A DNA stretch of 64,000 nt from an uncultured Muribaculaceae bacterium (lineage in GTDB: Bacteria; Bacillota_I; Bacilli_A; RF39; UBA660): NCBI GenBank assembly GCA_964513345.1, contig CAZELY010000001.1, positions 8,289-72,288 on the forward strand. The letters run 5' to 3'. Below, piece by piece: positions 43,916 through 53,418 of the stretch. Numbering within the stretch: the stretch's first letter is position 1; each line of letters begins with the position of its first letter. The translations under genes were made by a program, and so were the position numbers. The notes beneath the pieces were generated by a model. It worked only from the letters and a program-made list of their open reading frames with translations. It was not told the DNA's origin and ran no database searches.

Positions 43916-45055
43916 ATGAACGAAATAATAGATCCAAATAATGAAGAATTAGTTATGAAATTGCTTCGTTATTTCATCAAAGAAAAAAATTATAATCCAA
44001 TTGTCATCCGTGGAGTTAAAGACGAAATTTGGCTTGAAAATATGCAGGAGGATTATAAAATAGTAAGAATTGTTTCACATTATATTCATAATAATGAACA
44101 ATTTGAATTTGATATAATGAAAACTAAACAACTAGCTAAAGCCATACGCAAAAAAACATTATCTTTGAAAATGAATACACTTAGTATCTTTGTAAATCTA
44201 GGCGATAATGTTAAAATGGAAGATTATCAAAATACACCACGAATTGACATGGCTTTAGTAAAAGATACCAAAGATTTAGAAAAATATCGTTTTATCATTA
44301 ATTCTTTTCCAGACATTATGAAAAAAACTACTTTCAAAGAAAAAGGATGGGAATTATTTGCTAAAATAACTGAAGATATAGCAGAAAAGAATAGAGGTGA
44401 AGCATTGATGAATGAGGAAGTATTTACACAAAAGAAACCAGTCATAACAATGGGCCTAATCGTAATTAATGTTTTAATATATATAATAACATGGACATTT
44501 GGTTTGGTAGGTGATTTCGCAGTCCATCGTGATTCGATTTTAGCGGGACAGTATTATCGATTATTAACTGGCATGTTTTTGCATGCAAATCTAGTTCATT
44601 TGATATTTAATATGTATGCTTTATATATCATTGGTATGCAACTCGAAAGTTTCTTGGGACGATACAAATATTTAATGGTATACTTATTAAGTGGTTTAGC
44701 TGGAAGTGTTCTTTCAATTTTCTTTAATGCCGGATTAAGTGTAGGGGCATCAGGAGCAATTTTTGGATTACTTGGTTCACTATTATATTTTGGCTACCAT
44801 TATCGTATTTACTTAGAAACAGTTGTAAAATCGCAAATTATACCAATTATTTTAATTAACTTATGCATTGGCTTTGCTATTTCGGGAATTGATAATTCTG
44901 CGCATATTGGTGGTTTAATTGGCGGATTATTATCAACTATGGCAGTTGGAATTAAATACAAATCAACAAAATTTGAAATGTTTAATGGTTGGATACTATA
45001 TATGGTTTATATTGGTGTCATATTATTTATGACGTTCAAAAATTTTGGTATGTAA
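43916..45055 (+). CDS. Rhomboid-family intramembrane serine protease with N-terminal cytoplasmic domain
   Basis: YRLLTGMFLHANLVHLIFNM, GASGAIFGL (catalytic Ser) and AHIGGLIGG (catalytic His). Confidence 0.88.
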   Translation: MNEIIDPNNEELVMKLLRYFIKEKNYNPIVIRGVKDEIWLENMQEDYKIVRIVSHYIHNNEQFEFDIMKTKQLAKAIRKKTLSLKMNTLSIFVNLGDNVKMEDYQNTPRIDMALVKDTKDLEKYRFIINSFPDIMKKTTFKEKGWELFAKITEDIAEKNRGEALMNEEVFTQKKPVITMGLIVINVLIYIITWTFGLVGDFAVHRDSILAGQYYRLLTGMFLHANLVHLIFNMYALYIIGMQLESFLGRYKYLMVYLLSGLAGSVLSIFFNAGLSVGASGAIFGLLGSLLYFGYHYRIYLETVVKSQIIPIILINLCIGFAISGIDNSAHIGGLIGGLLSTMAVGIKYKSTKFEMFNGWILYMVYIGVILFMTFKNFGM

Positions 45056-45085
45056 AAATCAAAGATTATCTCTTTGATTTTTTTA
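45056..45085. terminator. Bidirectional terminator between convergent genes
   Basis: AAATCAAAGA-TTATC-TCTTTGATTT with flanking A and T runs. It overlaps the last codons of the minus-strand gene. Confidence 0.7.
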
Positions 45086-45767
45086 ATACTTTATTTTCAT
45101 TTTTAATATTATTATATTCCATAACATTTATTGCTTCCAAAGATGCTGCAATTGGAATTAGAATACTTGACAAGGTTTTAAATTGTTCTTTAGTAATTTC
45201 AAAATCTTTAACTTTAAGACCGCTTTTACTCATATAAGTGCAAATTAATGCCATTGAAAGTGGCCACATTTTTAGTCTTCCTAAATTAGTACTACTAACA
45301 TCTATTTCTTCATATGTTGAATCAATATTTGTTTTGGCAATTATTCCTTCTAAAACACCATTTACAAGTAATCCAGGGTTTTCCAAAACTGCTGGAATCA
45401 ATAATTCTAAAAAGCCAATTTTATCGCACATAGCATCTAAGTATTTGCCACCTTCGGTAGGATGTTTAACAATTTTTTTAGCATAGAATCCATCAATAAA
45501 ATCCGATAAGGCATAAAAAGTTGTAAGTGCTAACGTAGTTAAACCTGATTTTGAAAAATTGGCAACAATTGGTATCGAAAGACCCAAAGGTATTCTACAA
45601 AGAGTAAAGCGATTAGCGACCTTAGCTTCTGGATCATGCAAGGAATCAATCATGCTACGGGTAATTTTAGTGAGCTTTGGACTTTGTTTGACATGATTTT
45701 GCACACAAAAATTACTAATTCTTAAAATAGTTGATAAACTTTCTTCAATTTTTCCCGTTTCCTTCAT
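45066..45767 (-). CDS. CDP-alcohol phosphatidyltransferase family protein
   Basis: D-F-I-D-G-F-Y-A-K...G-K-Y-L-D-A-M-C-D fits D-x2-D-G-x2-A-(R/K)...G-x3-D-x3-D. ATG 45767 follows GGTGA. Confidence 0.55.
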   Translation of the reverse strand: MKETGKIEESLSTILRISNFCVQNHVKQSPKLTKITRSMIDSLHDPEAKVANRFTLCRIPLGLSIPIVANFSKSGLTTLALTTFYALSDFIDGFYAKKIVKHPTEGGKYLDAMCDKIGFLELLIPAVLENPGLLVNGVLEGIIAKTNIDSTYEEIDVSSTNLGRLKMWPLSMALICTYMSKSGLKVKDFEITKEQFKTLSSILIPIAASLEAINVMEYNNIKNENKVLKKSKR

Positions 45768-45912
45768 AATTATCACCAATAAGTGTTATTTTAACATTAA
45801 TTTATTAGGTTGTAAAGTATAGCGTAAAGTCTTATGAAATAAGGAAAAATCCATATACTTAATATTTTACTTTTGATATAATTAGAGTAGAAATAAAGTA
45901 GGAGTTGATAGG

Positions 45913-48900
45913 ATGAAAACAAATCTTAAAAAGATCATATTTTCGTTAATATTTTCAGCATGTCTATTTTTACCAACTCATGCTTTAGCGGCTACTTACT
46001 CAGTAGAAATGGTATCTAGTTCAACAAATAATCAAGTAGTAGGAACATATAGTACTTATAATGCAGCAGTAAACGCAATGAATGCCCAAACATCAAGTGC
46101 CACAAAAGTTGCTGCTATATATAAAAATGGCGTTATAATTAACGCTAAATATGCAATATTTCAATTTAAAGTAAAATCTTCTTCATCAACAGTATATTTA
46201 TATCAAAATGCTGGTGACACTACAAGTTATACATATACGGCCCCAGCTTATATGACCGATGCTGCATTCATAGGAGCCAATGAATCACGGGCAAATATTA
46301 TGCTCAACGGATTTAATGGATGGGTAGATATTAATGAAGGTAATATTATTCCAATTTCTCTAATGAGTGGCGGATCCAAAGTAATAAGTGTTACAGCTTC
46401 TGGTTTACGTCTAAGAAGTAATCCTTCAACAAGCGCGTCTATTTTAACAAGCATAACGTGTACAAATACATTATTTACCTATTTGGATAAAAAGACTGCT
46501 GATGGTTATACGTGGTATAAAATCACTTATAATGGAACCACCGGATGGATAGCCGGAAGTTCTGAATGGCTTACGGAAACTAATGTTTCGACTTTAAACA
46601 CATATTATTATCGTTATAGTACTGGTAATTTGCTACACAGATATGGTAGACACAATGGAACGAGTTATACAGACGATTATACCAATTTAGGGCCAACACC
46701 TTCATATTTACAAGAGGGAGTACATTATTATAGCTTTGATGGCGGTATATATTTATATACAGATTTAGTTTCAATGCTTGGTGATTATCAAAATAATACG
46801 TATGAACACAGTCTAAATAAAAATAATCCAAATTACCCATATTATTTATTTTTACCGGGTAGAGCGGTATCAAAAATAACAGCTTCAGAATTGAATGCTC
46901 AAATAACAAATCCAAAATCGAAATTATATGGGCAAGGAGTTTATTTTAAAGAAGCTGAATCATTATATGGCATGAATGCCCTTTCAGCTTTTGCTACCGC
47001 TAAGAACGAAAGCGCTGATGGTATGAGCCAAATTGCTCAAGACAAGAACAACGTTTTTGGTTATGGAGCTAGTGATAGCTGTCCTTACAGTTGTGCTAAA
47101 AGTTATGCATCAGTTAGAGATTCAATTATGGATTATGCTCAAAACGGTCTTTCAAGTTATATGACTGCCCAAAACAAATACTACTTTGGATCACACGCTG
47201 GAACAAAAGGTAGTGGTCGAAATGTCATGTATGCATCAGATCCACTTTGGGGTGAAAAACAAGCATGGAATGCTTATATGTCAGATAAAGGTCAAAATTT
47301 AAGAGATTATAAAGCCAATACCATTGCGGTTTCTAAATATGGTAAATATAATCTTCCTGTTTATAAAAACGCTAATACAAGTACAATTATTTATTATATG
47401 AAGAACCAAAATGGAAATCACAAAGTTTATAATGTACCTGTTAATGTTATTGATAAAATAGGCGATTTTTATAAAATATATGCTGATAGTTCTACTTATC
47501 AGTATGGTTACGTAAAAGTAAGCGATTTCAATATTACAAATAATCAACCAGTTATAAATGCATCTAATAGAACTATTAATTTAAATAGTACATTTAAAGT
47601 ATTAGAAGGTGTAAGTGCTACTGACACTGAAGATGGAAATTTAACTAGTAGAATTAAAACAACAGGAACAGTTGACACGTCAAAATTAGGAACATATGAT
47701 ATCACATACACGGTAACTGATAACAGCAACTATAGTTGTTCAAAAACAATTACTGTAACTGTAATAGGGGAAGCTAATCCAACATTAGAAGCAAGTAACA
47801 AAGAAATTGTTCAATTCGATGAATTTGATCCATTAGAAGGCGTAACTGCTAAAGATTATGATGGCACCGATTTAACAAATGAAATTACTTATGAAGGAGA
47901 AGTTGATACAAATACAGTAGGAGAATATGAAATTACTTATAGCGTTACAAATAGCGCAAATAAGACAGCAACTAAAACAATAATAGTTAAAGTAATTAAA
48001 AATGAGGAACCTGTTATTACTGCTAATGATAAAACTGCTTATTTAAATAGGGAATTTAATCCATTAGAAGGCGTAACTGCTACTGATAAAGAAGATGGAG
48101 ACTTAACAAGTAAGATTACTGTAAAAACCAATACAGTTAATACTGAACAAGAAGGAGAATATAGTGTTACTTATGAAGTAAGTGACAATAACAATCAAAA
48201 AACAACAAAAACAATAACTGTAACAGTAGTTGAAAAAATACCAGAAAAAGCACAAGGATTATTTTACTTAGATTATATAAAAGAAGTAAATGGAAAATTA
48301 CAAATAAAAGGATATAATACCATTGCTGGTATTGATAATACGTTAGAAACCAACATTAGCTATAAAATTAAATATATTAATCTTGATACCAACGATGAAT
48401 ATTATCAGGAGGCAGAAAGAATAACGAATACTATTGAAATGCCGAAAACCATTTATAGTGTTGATGGCAAAGATTATACATATTCTTGGTTCAAGATAAA
48501 CATTGATTTTTCAACTTTGCCACTAGGAAATTATAAAATGTATGTAATTTCCGAAAATGAAGATTATTATTCAGAAAACATCATAAATAACAAACTAAGC
48601 AAACCACTAGCAAGCAATATTGTTCAAAATGATAAAACAATAGTATTAAGAAGAAACTACAGCTATGAGGGAAGCCCAGTAGAATTAATAATAAGAAATA
48701 ACAATTTTGCTAAAAAAACATCTGGAACATACTATAATCAATTTGATAAGTACACGAAATTTGAATTTAATGATGAGAATATGCTATATTTACGCGGTGT
48801 TTCCTATTCATACGGAATGGATCTAGCGCCGGATAAGACAATTCAAAGAAAAATAATTTTTGAAAATAGCGAAAACTATGAGCCGTATATAAAAGACTTA

Positions 48901-49179
48901 GGTAGCATCACAACTGGTAATTACAATGTTGTATTACCAGAAAATGATAATTTCAATAAAACCCGTGCTTGGTATAACGCAACAATTGATTTATCAGACA
49001 TTCCAAAAGGTCATTATGTTATTTATATTACAACATCATCAAATGTCACAGATATTTATGAAATGACCGAAAAAATGGGAAGAAGTTTAGAAAACGTGGT
49101 AGCACAAATCGAAGAAAAAAATTATAGTTTTACGATTAATCGAAATCGTGGTAATCGTATTGAAATGAATGTAAATTAA
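45913..49179 (+). CDS. Secreted peptidoglycan hydrolase (GH73 N-acetylglucosaminidase) with SH3b-like domain, three Ig-like repeats and a large C-terminal region
   Basis: Signal peptide ...THALA|AT. SH3b-like GLRLRSNPSTSASIL...GYTWYKITYNGTTGWI. Glucosaminidase block GQGVYFKEAESLYGMNALSAFATAKNESA...NNVFGYGA. Confidence 0.8.
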   Translation: MKTNLKKIIFSLIFSACLFLPTHALAATYSVEMVSSSTNNQVVGTYSTYNAAVNAMNAQTSSATKVAAIYKNGVIINAKYAIFQFKVKSSSSTVYLYQNAGDTTSYTYTAPAYMTDAAFIGANESRANIMLNGFNGWVDINEGNIIPISLMSGGSKVISVTASGLRLRSNPSTSASILTSITCTNTLFTYLDKKTADGYTWYKITYNGTTGWIAGSSEWLTETNVSTLNTYYYRYSTGNLLHRYGRHNGTSYTDDYTNLGPTPSYLQEGVHYYSFDGGIYLYTDLVSMLGDYQNNTYEHSLNKNNPNYPYYLFLPGRAVSKITASELNAQITNPKSKLYGQGVYFKEAESLYGMNALSAFATAKNESADGMSQIAQDKNNVFGYGASDSCPYSCAKSYASVRDSIMDYAQNGLSSYMTAQNKYYFGSHAGTKGSGRNVMYASDPLWGEKQAWNAYMSDKGQNLRDYKANTIAVSKYGKYNLPVYKNANTSTIIYYMKNQNGNHKVYNVPVNVIDKIGDFYKIYADSSTYQYGYVKVSDFNITNNQPVINASNRTINLNSTFKVLEGVSATDTEDGNLTSRIKTTGTVDTSKLGTYDITYTVTDNSNYSCSKTITVTVIGEANPTLEASNKEIVQFDEFDPLEGVTAKDYDGTDLTNEITYEGEVDTNTVGEYEITYSVTNSANKTATKTIIVKVIKNEEPVITANDKTAYLNREFNPLEGVTATDKEDGDLTSKITVKTNTVNTEQEGEYSVTYEVSDNNNQKTTKTITVTVVEKIPEKAQGLFYLDYIKEVNGKLQIKGYNTIAGIDNTLETNISYKIKYINLDTNDEYYQEAERITNTIEMPKTIYSVDGKDYTYSWFKINIDFSTLPLGNYKMYVISENEDYYSENIINNKLSKPLASNIVQNDKTIVLRRNYSYEGSPVELIIRNNNFAKKTSGTYYNQFDKYTKFEFNDENMLYLRGVSYSYGMDLAPDKTIQRKIIFENSENYEPYIKDLGSITTGNYNVVLPENDNFNKTRAWYNATIDLSDIPKGHYVIYITTSSNVTDIYEMTEKMGRSLENVVAQIEEKNYSFTINRNRGNRIEMNVN
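47548..48234 (+). repeat. Three tandem ~75-aa Ig-like (DUF5011/HYR-like) coding repeats in the autolysin
   Basis: Recurring pattern P-(V/T)-(I/L)-x-A-x-(N/D)-x-x-x-x-x-x-x-F-x-(V/P)-L-E-G-V-(S/T)-A-x-D-x-(E/Y)-D-G-x-(D/-)-L-T...G-x-Y-x-(I/V)-T-Y-x-V-(T/S). Confidence 0.8.
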
Positions 49180-49205
49180 AAACCTGATATAAATCAGGTT
49201 TTTTA
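49179..49205. terminator. Bidirectional terminator
   Basis: AAAACCTGAT-ATAA-ATCAGGTTTT between convergent genes. Confidence 0.8.
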
Positions 49206-51071
49206 TTGAACATATGTAATACGTATTGTTGTACAGCTTGATACCGTTGTGCCATCTGCAACAGAACTAGAACAAATTGTTCCAGGTTCATGATCACCAT
49301 TGCTGCAAGCGCTTACTTTAGTCCAAGCAAATTTCAAATTTGGATTTTGTCCAGTAATAATATCTACTGTTTGTTGTCCTGTGGAACCATAACCTAAATT
49401 TAAAGTATAATTTTTACATGTCGGTGTTGATCCTCCGCTATTGCCACCGCTGCTGCTTCCGCTACTACTATGATTATTTGTATTTGAACTAGTATTCGCT
49501 CGAGCTTTGGCTTTACTAGCAAGAGTTATTTTTATAATACTTCCTTCGGCCACTTTTTCTCCAGCTTTTACACTTTGATTAATGGCCGTATTTTCGGTTT
49601 TAGTACTATATTCATAAGTAAAATTACATGTTATATTTAATTTACTACAAGTGCTTTGAATTGATGTTTTTGATTGACCACTAAAGTTTGGTACTTCGAT
49701 GGCTTTACCTTTTGAAACATAAGCTATTATATTTTTGTTTGTGTCAATACTTTCACCAGTTTTTGCTGAGAATTTAATAATTTCACCAGCTTTAATAGAT
49801 TCATCAAATTCCTCTTTAATTTCATATTTAATTTTATATTTTTCAGCCCATGCTTTAAATTCTGCTGCTGTTTTAAACTTTGGCATTATTAATTTACCTT
49901 TTGAAACAATTATGCCAACTTTTGTCTCTTCTTCAATGACGTCGCCTTTTTTGTAAGTAGAATCTATTACATATCCATTTTTAATAGTATTATCATATTT
50001 ATCTGAATATTCCAGTTTTAAATTATTTTCAGTGGCCCAATTAGTAACGTAAGATAATTTTTTCTTTTTTAAATCAGGAACAACTATTTTTTTACCTTTA
50101 GATATAGTAAGCACAATTTTATCTCCAGGGGAAACCTTTGTACCTTTGCTTATTGAGCTTTTAATCACTTTTCCTTTTTCAATTTTGTTAGAAAATTCAT
50201 ATTTTAATTCATAATCAATTCCATTTCTATTTAAGTACAAGGTAGCCTTAAATAATGTTTGATTTTTTAATTCATCTAAAGTAATAGCTTTTAAGTTCTC
50301 TTTATTTCCTAATGAAACAGTAAACGATAATTTATCATTTCTTTTAATTTTTCCACTTATATTTTGTGAAATAATTGTATCTTTGATTACATCGTTGTTT
50401 TCAACAAATTCAATAAAAACATTGTTTAATAAATTTTCATCGATTACTTTAACCGCTTCATCAATATTTAAACCTTCCATATTGTTAATAATTACTTCTT
50501 TATTATAATCAGGTCCATTGGATACTTCAAAAGCAATTTCTTTAATTTTTTTAGAAAGCGTACCAGATTTTTGTGTCTGACTAATTATATTGTATTTCTT
50601 AATAGTATCACTATATTCATATATTTGTTTTGTTTTAATCTTGTTTTCTTCTGACCATTTAATTCCTTTTGTAAGCTCCTTGTTTGTAAAATCAGGAACA
50701 TAACTTTGCGTAGGTAACTTAAGGACATTTGTTAAAGAAAGAGCATTAAATGCGATTAAGATGATTAACAAAACTGTTGTGAAAGCCGTCGCAGAAGTTT
50801 TTTTATCGTGATAAAGCTTTTTAAAAGCAATTATTGCCGATAAAACAACTAAAAATATTAATATCGCATTTACAACATAATACAATTGATTTATTTTATC
50901 AAACGAACGATATATTAAAAATGCTGAGAAAGCTAACGTGCAAACTAATAAAAAAGATAAAATTATTTTTGTAAAAGTCGCATTCGAAGTACTTTCTTCA
51001 AAAATTTCTTGGGCTAATTCCTGTCGTTTTTTATTAATCTCGTTTTTTTCAGATCTCGTTTTTGGTTCCAT
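49203..51071 (-). CDS. Membrane protein with multiple extracellular PASTA-like repeats and no kinase or transpeptidase domain
   Basis: Short cytoplasmic N-terminus and three TM helices. Then five to six ~65-aa units, each starting (V/M)P(D/N/K)(F/L) and ending ...VSKGK. Ser/Gly linker and a 4-Cys C-terminal domain. Confidence 0.7.
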   Translation of the reverse strand: MEPKTRSEKNEINKKRQELAQEIFEESTSNATFTKIILSFLLVCTLAFSAFLIYRSFDKINQLYYVVNAILIFLVVLSAIIAFKKLYHDKKTSATAFTTVLLIILIAFNALSLTNVLKLPTQSYVPDFTNKELTKGIKWSEENKIKTKQIYEYSDTIKKYNIISQTQKSGTLSKKIKEIAFEVSNGPDYNKEVIINNMEGLNIDEAVKVIDENLLNNVFIEFVENNDVIKDTIISQNISGKIKRNDKLSFTVSLGNKENLKAITLDELKNQTLFKATLYLNRNGIDYELKYEFSNKIEKGKVIKSSISKGTKVSPGDKIVLTISKGKKIVVPDLKKKKLSYVTNWATENNLKLEYSDKYDNTIKNGYVIDSTYKKGDVIEEETKVGIIVSKGKLIMPKFKTAAEFKAWAEKYKIKYEIKEEFDESIKAGEIIKFSAKTGESIDTNKNIIAYVSKGKAIEVPNFSGQSKTSIQSTCSKLNITCNFTYEYSTKTENTAINQSVKAGEKVAEGSIIKITLASKAKARANTSSNTNNHSSSGSSSGGNSGGSTPTCKNYTLNLGYGSTGQQTVDIITGQNPNLKFAWTKVSACSNGDHEPGTICSSSVADGTTVSSCTTIRITYVQ

Positions 51072-51208
51072 ATTATCACCTATAGTAATTATACCGTATT
51101 TATAGTAAAAATAATAGTTCTATAATTAAGTGGTTTACTATTTTTGACATGGATTATTGAATGTGATTTCAAAATTTGATAAACTAAATATAATGTGAGT
51201 GATGTTTA

Positions 51209-52236
51209 ATGACAAAAAAAAGATATTATTGGCTCGATATTTTAAAAATAGTTGCGTGCTATTTAATAGTGGTAAATCATACGGGTGGTTATATAGTAGA
51301 ATTTATGGGTAAAGATAGTTTGGGAGCAAACTTATTTTTTTCGATTCAATTTGTTATTTGTAAAATAGGGGTACCGATTTTTATAATGACAACTGGTTAT
51401 TTATTATTAACTAAAAACTATAATTTCAAAGATGTTTTAAAAAAAATATACCGAATAAGTGTACCGCTTATTTTGTTTTCAATATTTATTTATTGGAGCT
51501 GGTACGGCATAGGCTTTAATAGAATTGACAAATTCATAATTACCTTTATTAAAGAACCATTAATAATACCATATTGGTATTTATACATGCTTATTGGTTT
51601 ATATTTAGTGACACCTTTTGTTCAAAAAATGATCAAAAATTTTAAAATGAATGATTTTCGCAATTTTATAATTATTTGTGTTTTAATTCCGGCAACTTTG
51701 CCAATTTTCTCATTGTATTTTAATTTCAGTTTCAATGAATATTTTGTTGCTGCCATATTTCCAATATATATTGGATATTATGTAGCTGGAATATATTTAT
51801 CAAAATTGGAATTAACCAAAAAAATCGTAATATTGCTTTGATATTATTTACAGTTTCCCTAGTTTTGTTTTTTCTATCGATGTTTGTACCTTACATGATA
51901 AATAATAAATTGGATTTAAGGCTTGATTCTTGTGCATTCATAACAACAGCCTTACCGGCATTATCGTTTTTCTACTTAATTAGATATTATTTTGAAAATC
52001 GAAAGTTTAAAGCGAAAACCGCTAAAATATTAACTGAACTTAGCTTAGTTTCTTTTGGAATATATTTGATACATATGTTTATTAATAAACGACTTTATTA
52101 TATGACTTTTATTCAAAATATTTTTGAATTTAATTCTTATATTGGTATAGTAACGATACAGCTTCTAACATTTGTTATTGCTGGATTATTCATATATATA
52201 TTGCGTAAAATACCGATAATAAAAAAATTTCTTTAA
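51209..52236 (+). pseudogene. Acyltransferase-3 family (O-acyltransferase) gene interrupted by a frameshift at an A7 tract
   Basis: ORFs 51209..51841 (210 aa, WLDILKIVACYLIVVNH...) and 51838..52236 (132 aa) together make ~342 aa with ~10 TM helices, a typical family size. Adding one A to A7 (51818-51824) gives continuous ...ELTKKNRNIALILFTVSLVLFF... Confidence 0.7.
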
Positions 52237-52242
52237 AATAAT

Positions 52243-52270
52243 TGGTAGAATTTTCTACCATTATTTTTTA
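52243..52270 (+). terminator. Rho-independent terminator
   Basis: TGGTAGAA/TTCTACCA stem followed by a T-rich run. Confidence 0.65.
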
Positions 52271-52323
52271 TTTTTTTTAATATACTAATAGTGTAGTCTG
52301 CAAAATATGTAGGAGATGATTTT

Positions 52324-53307
52324 TTGAAAAGCATAAAACAAAAATTAATCCTATTTCTTCTAGCATTTATTATTATTCCAGTAAATGTCTTTGCCTATTC
52401 AGATCGAATTTTAATCGGTGGCGAAAACATTGGTATTACTTTAAATGCTAATGGCATTTTAGTAGTTGGCACATATGACATTGAAGGAACTTCTCCGGCC
52501 GAAGAAGCCGGTTTGAAACCTGGAGACACAATTGTCTCGATCAATGATAAAAAAGTTACTAATATTGATGAAATGGCCAGTGAAATAAATAATTTAGCCG
52601 ATCAAAATGTATCGCTCGGTTATATTCGTGACGGCAAAAGTAAAAAAACAATATTTAAATTAATAAAAGACGAAAATAATGTTTATAAAACCGGATTATA
52701 TGTTAAAGATAGTATAACTGGAATCGGAACACTTACTTATATTGATCCTGAAACTAAAATTTTTGGAGCTTTAGGTCATGAAATAACTGAGCAATCATCA
52801 GGTAAAATATTAGAAGTAAAAGATGGAAAAATATTTGATTCAACAGTAACAGGTGTAATTCCAAGCTCTGACGGTAATCCCGGTGAAAAAAGTGCCAAAT
52901 ACGATACAAACGACACGGTAGGTGAGGTTTTTTCAAATACAAAAGAAGGTGTTTTTGGTAATTATACTAGTGAATTACCAAAAAAAGATAGTTATAAAGT
53001 CGCTTCAATAGAAAATATCACAAAAGGGCAAGCACATATTTTTACAGTTTTAAAAGATCATGAGATAAAAGCCTATGAAATAAACATCACGGAAATTGTC
53101 GAAAAAGATGAAACTAAGAATTTTGTATTTGAAATTGTCGATAAGGAACTTTTAAATAAAACAAATGGTATTATTCAAGGAATGAGTGGTTCGCCAATTA
53201 TCCAAGGGGACTATATAATTGGCGCTGTGACACATGTCGTTGTCGATAATCCACATAAAGGCTATGGAATTCTTATTACAAATATGCTTGAGGAAGGAGA
53301 AAAATGA
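52324..53307 (+). CDS. spoIVB: SpoIVB-type S55 serine peptidase (PDZ plus protease)
   Basis: TTG start after GGAGATGA. Signal/TM segment. PDZ-like AGLKPGDTIVSINDKKV. GIGTLTYIDPETKIFGALGH. Catalytic GMSGSPI. Confidence 0.8.
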   Translation: MKSIKQKLILFLLAFIIIPVNVFAYSDRILIGGENIGITLNANGILVVGTYDIEGTSPAEEAGLKPGDTIVSINDKKVTNIDEMASEINNLADQNVSLGYIRDGKSKKTIFKLIKDENNVYKTGLYVKDSITGIGTLTYIDPETKIFGALGHEITEQSSGKILEVKDGKIFDSTVTGVIPSSDGNPGEKSAKYDTNDTVGEVFSNTKEGVFGNYTSELPKKDSYKVASIENITKGQAHIFTVLKDHEIKAYEINITEIVEKDETKNFVFEIVDKELLNKTNGIIQGMSGSPIIQGDYIIGAVTHVVVDNPHKGYGILITNMLEEGEK

Positions 53308-53339
53308 TAGAAAGCTATTGCTTTCTATTATTTTTTTTA
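53307..53339 (+). terminator. Rho-independent terminator
   Basis: ATAGAAAGC-TATT-GCTTTCTAT followed by T8. Confidence 0.8.
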
Positions 53340-53363
53340 TTTATACATATGTTGTCATTTATA

Positions 53364-53392
53364 TTGACTTTTTTACCTTATAAATATATAAT
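53364..53392 (+). promoter_or_regulatory. SigA-type promoter (TTGACT-17-TATAAT)
   Basis: Near-consensus hexamers with a 17-nt spacer, upstream of the LtaS-like gene. Confidence 0.6.
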
Positions 53393-53418
53393 ACATTTCG
53401 TAGTTTTAGGTGGTAATA

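Noticed and set aside
51838-52236. Treating 51209..51841 and 51838..52236 as two genuine translationally coupled genes.
   Set aside because: Neither half is a complete acyltransferase-3 domain. The second frame is open upstream of its TTG, and a single-base change in the A7 tract fuses them cleanly. A frameshifted single gene is the more economical explanation.
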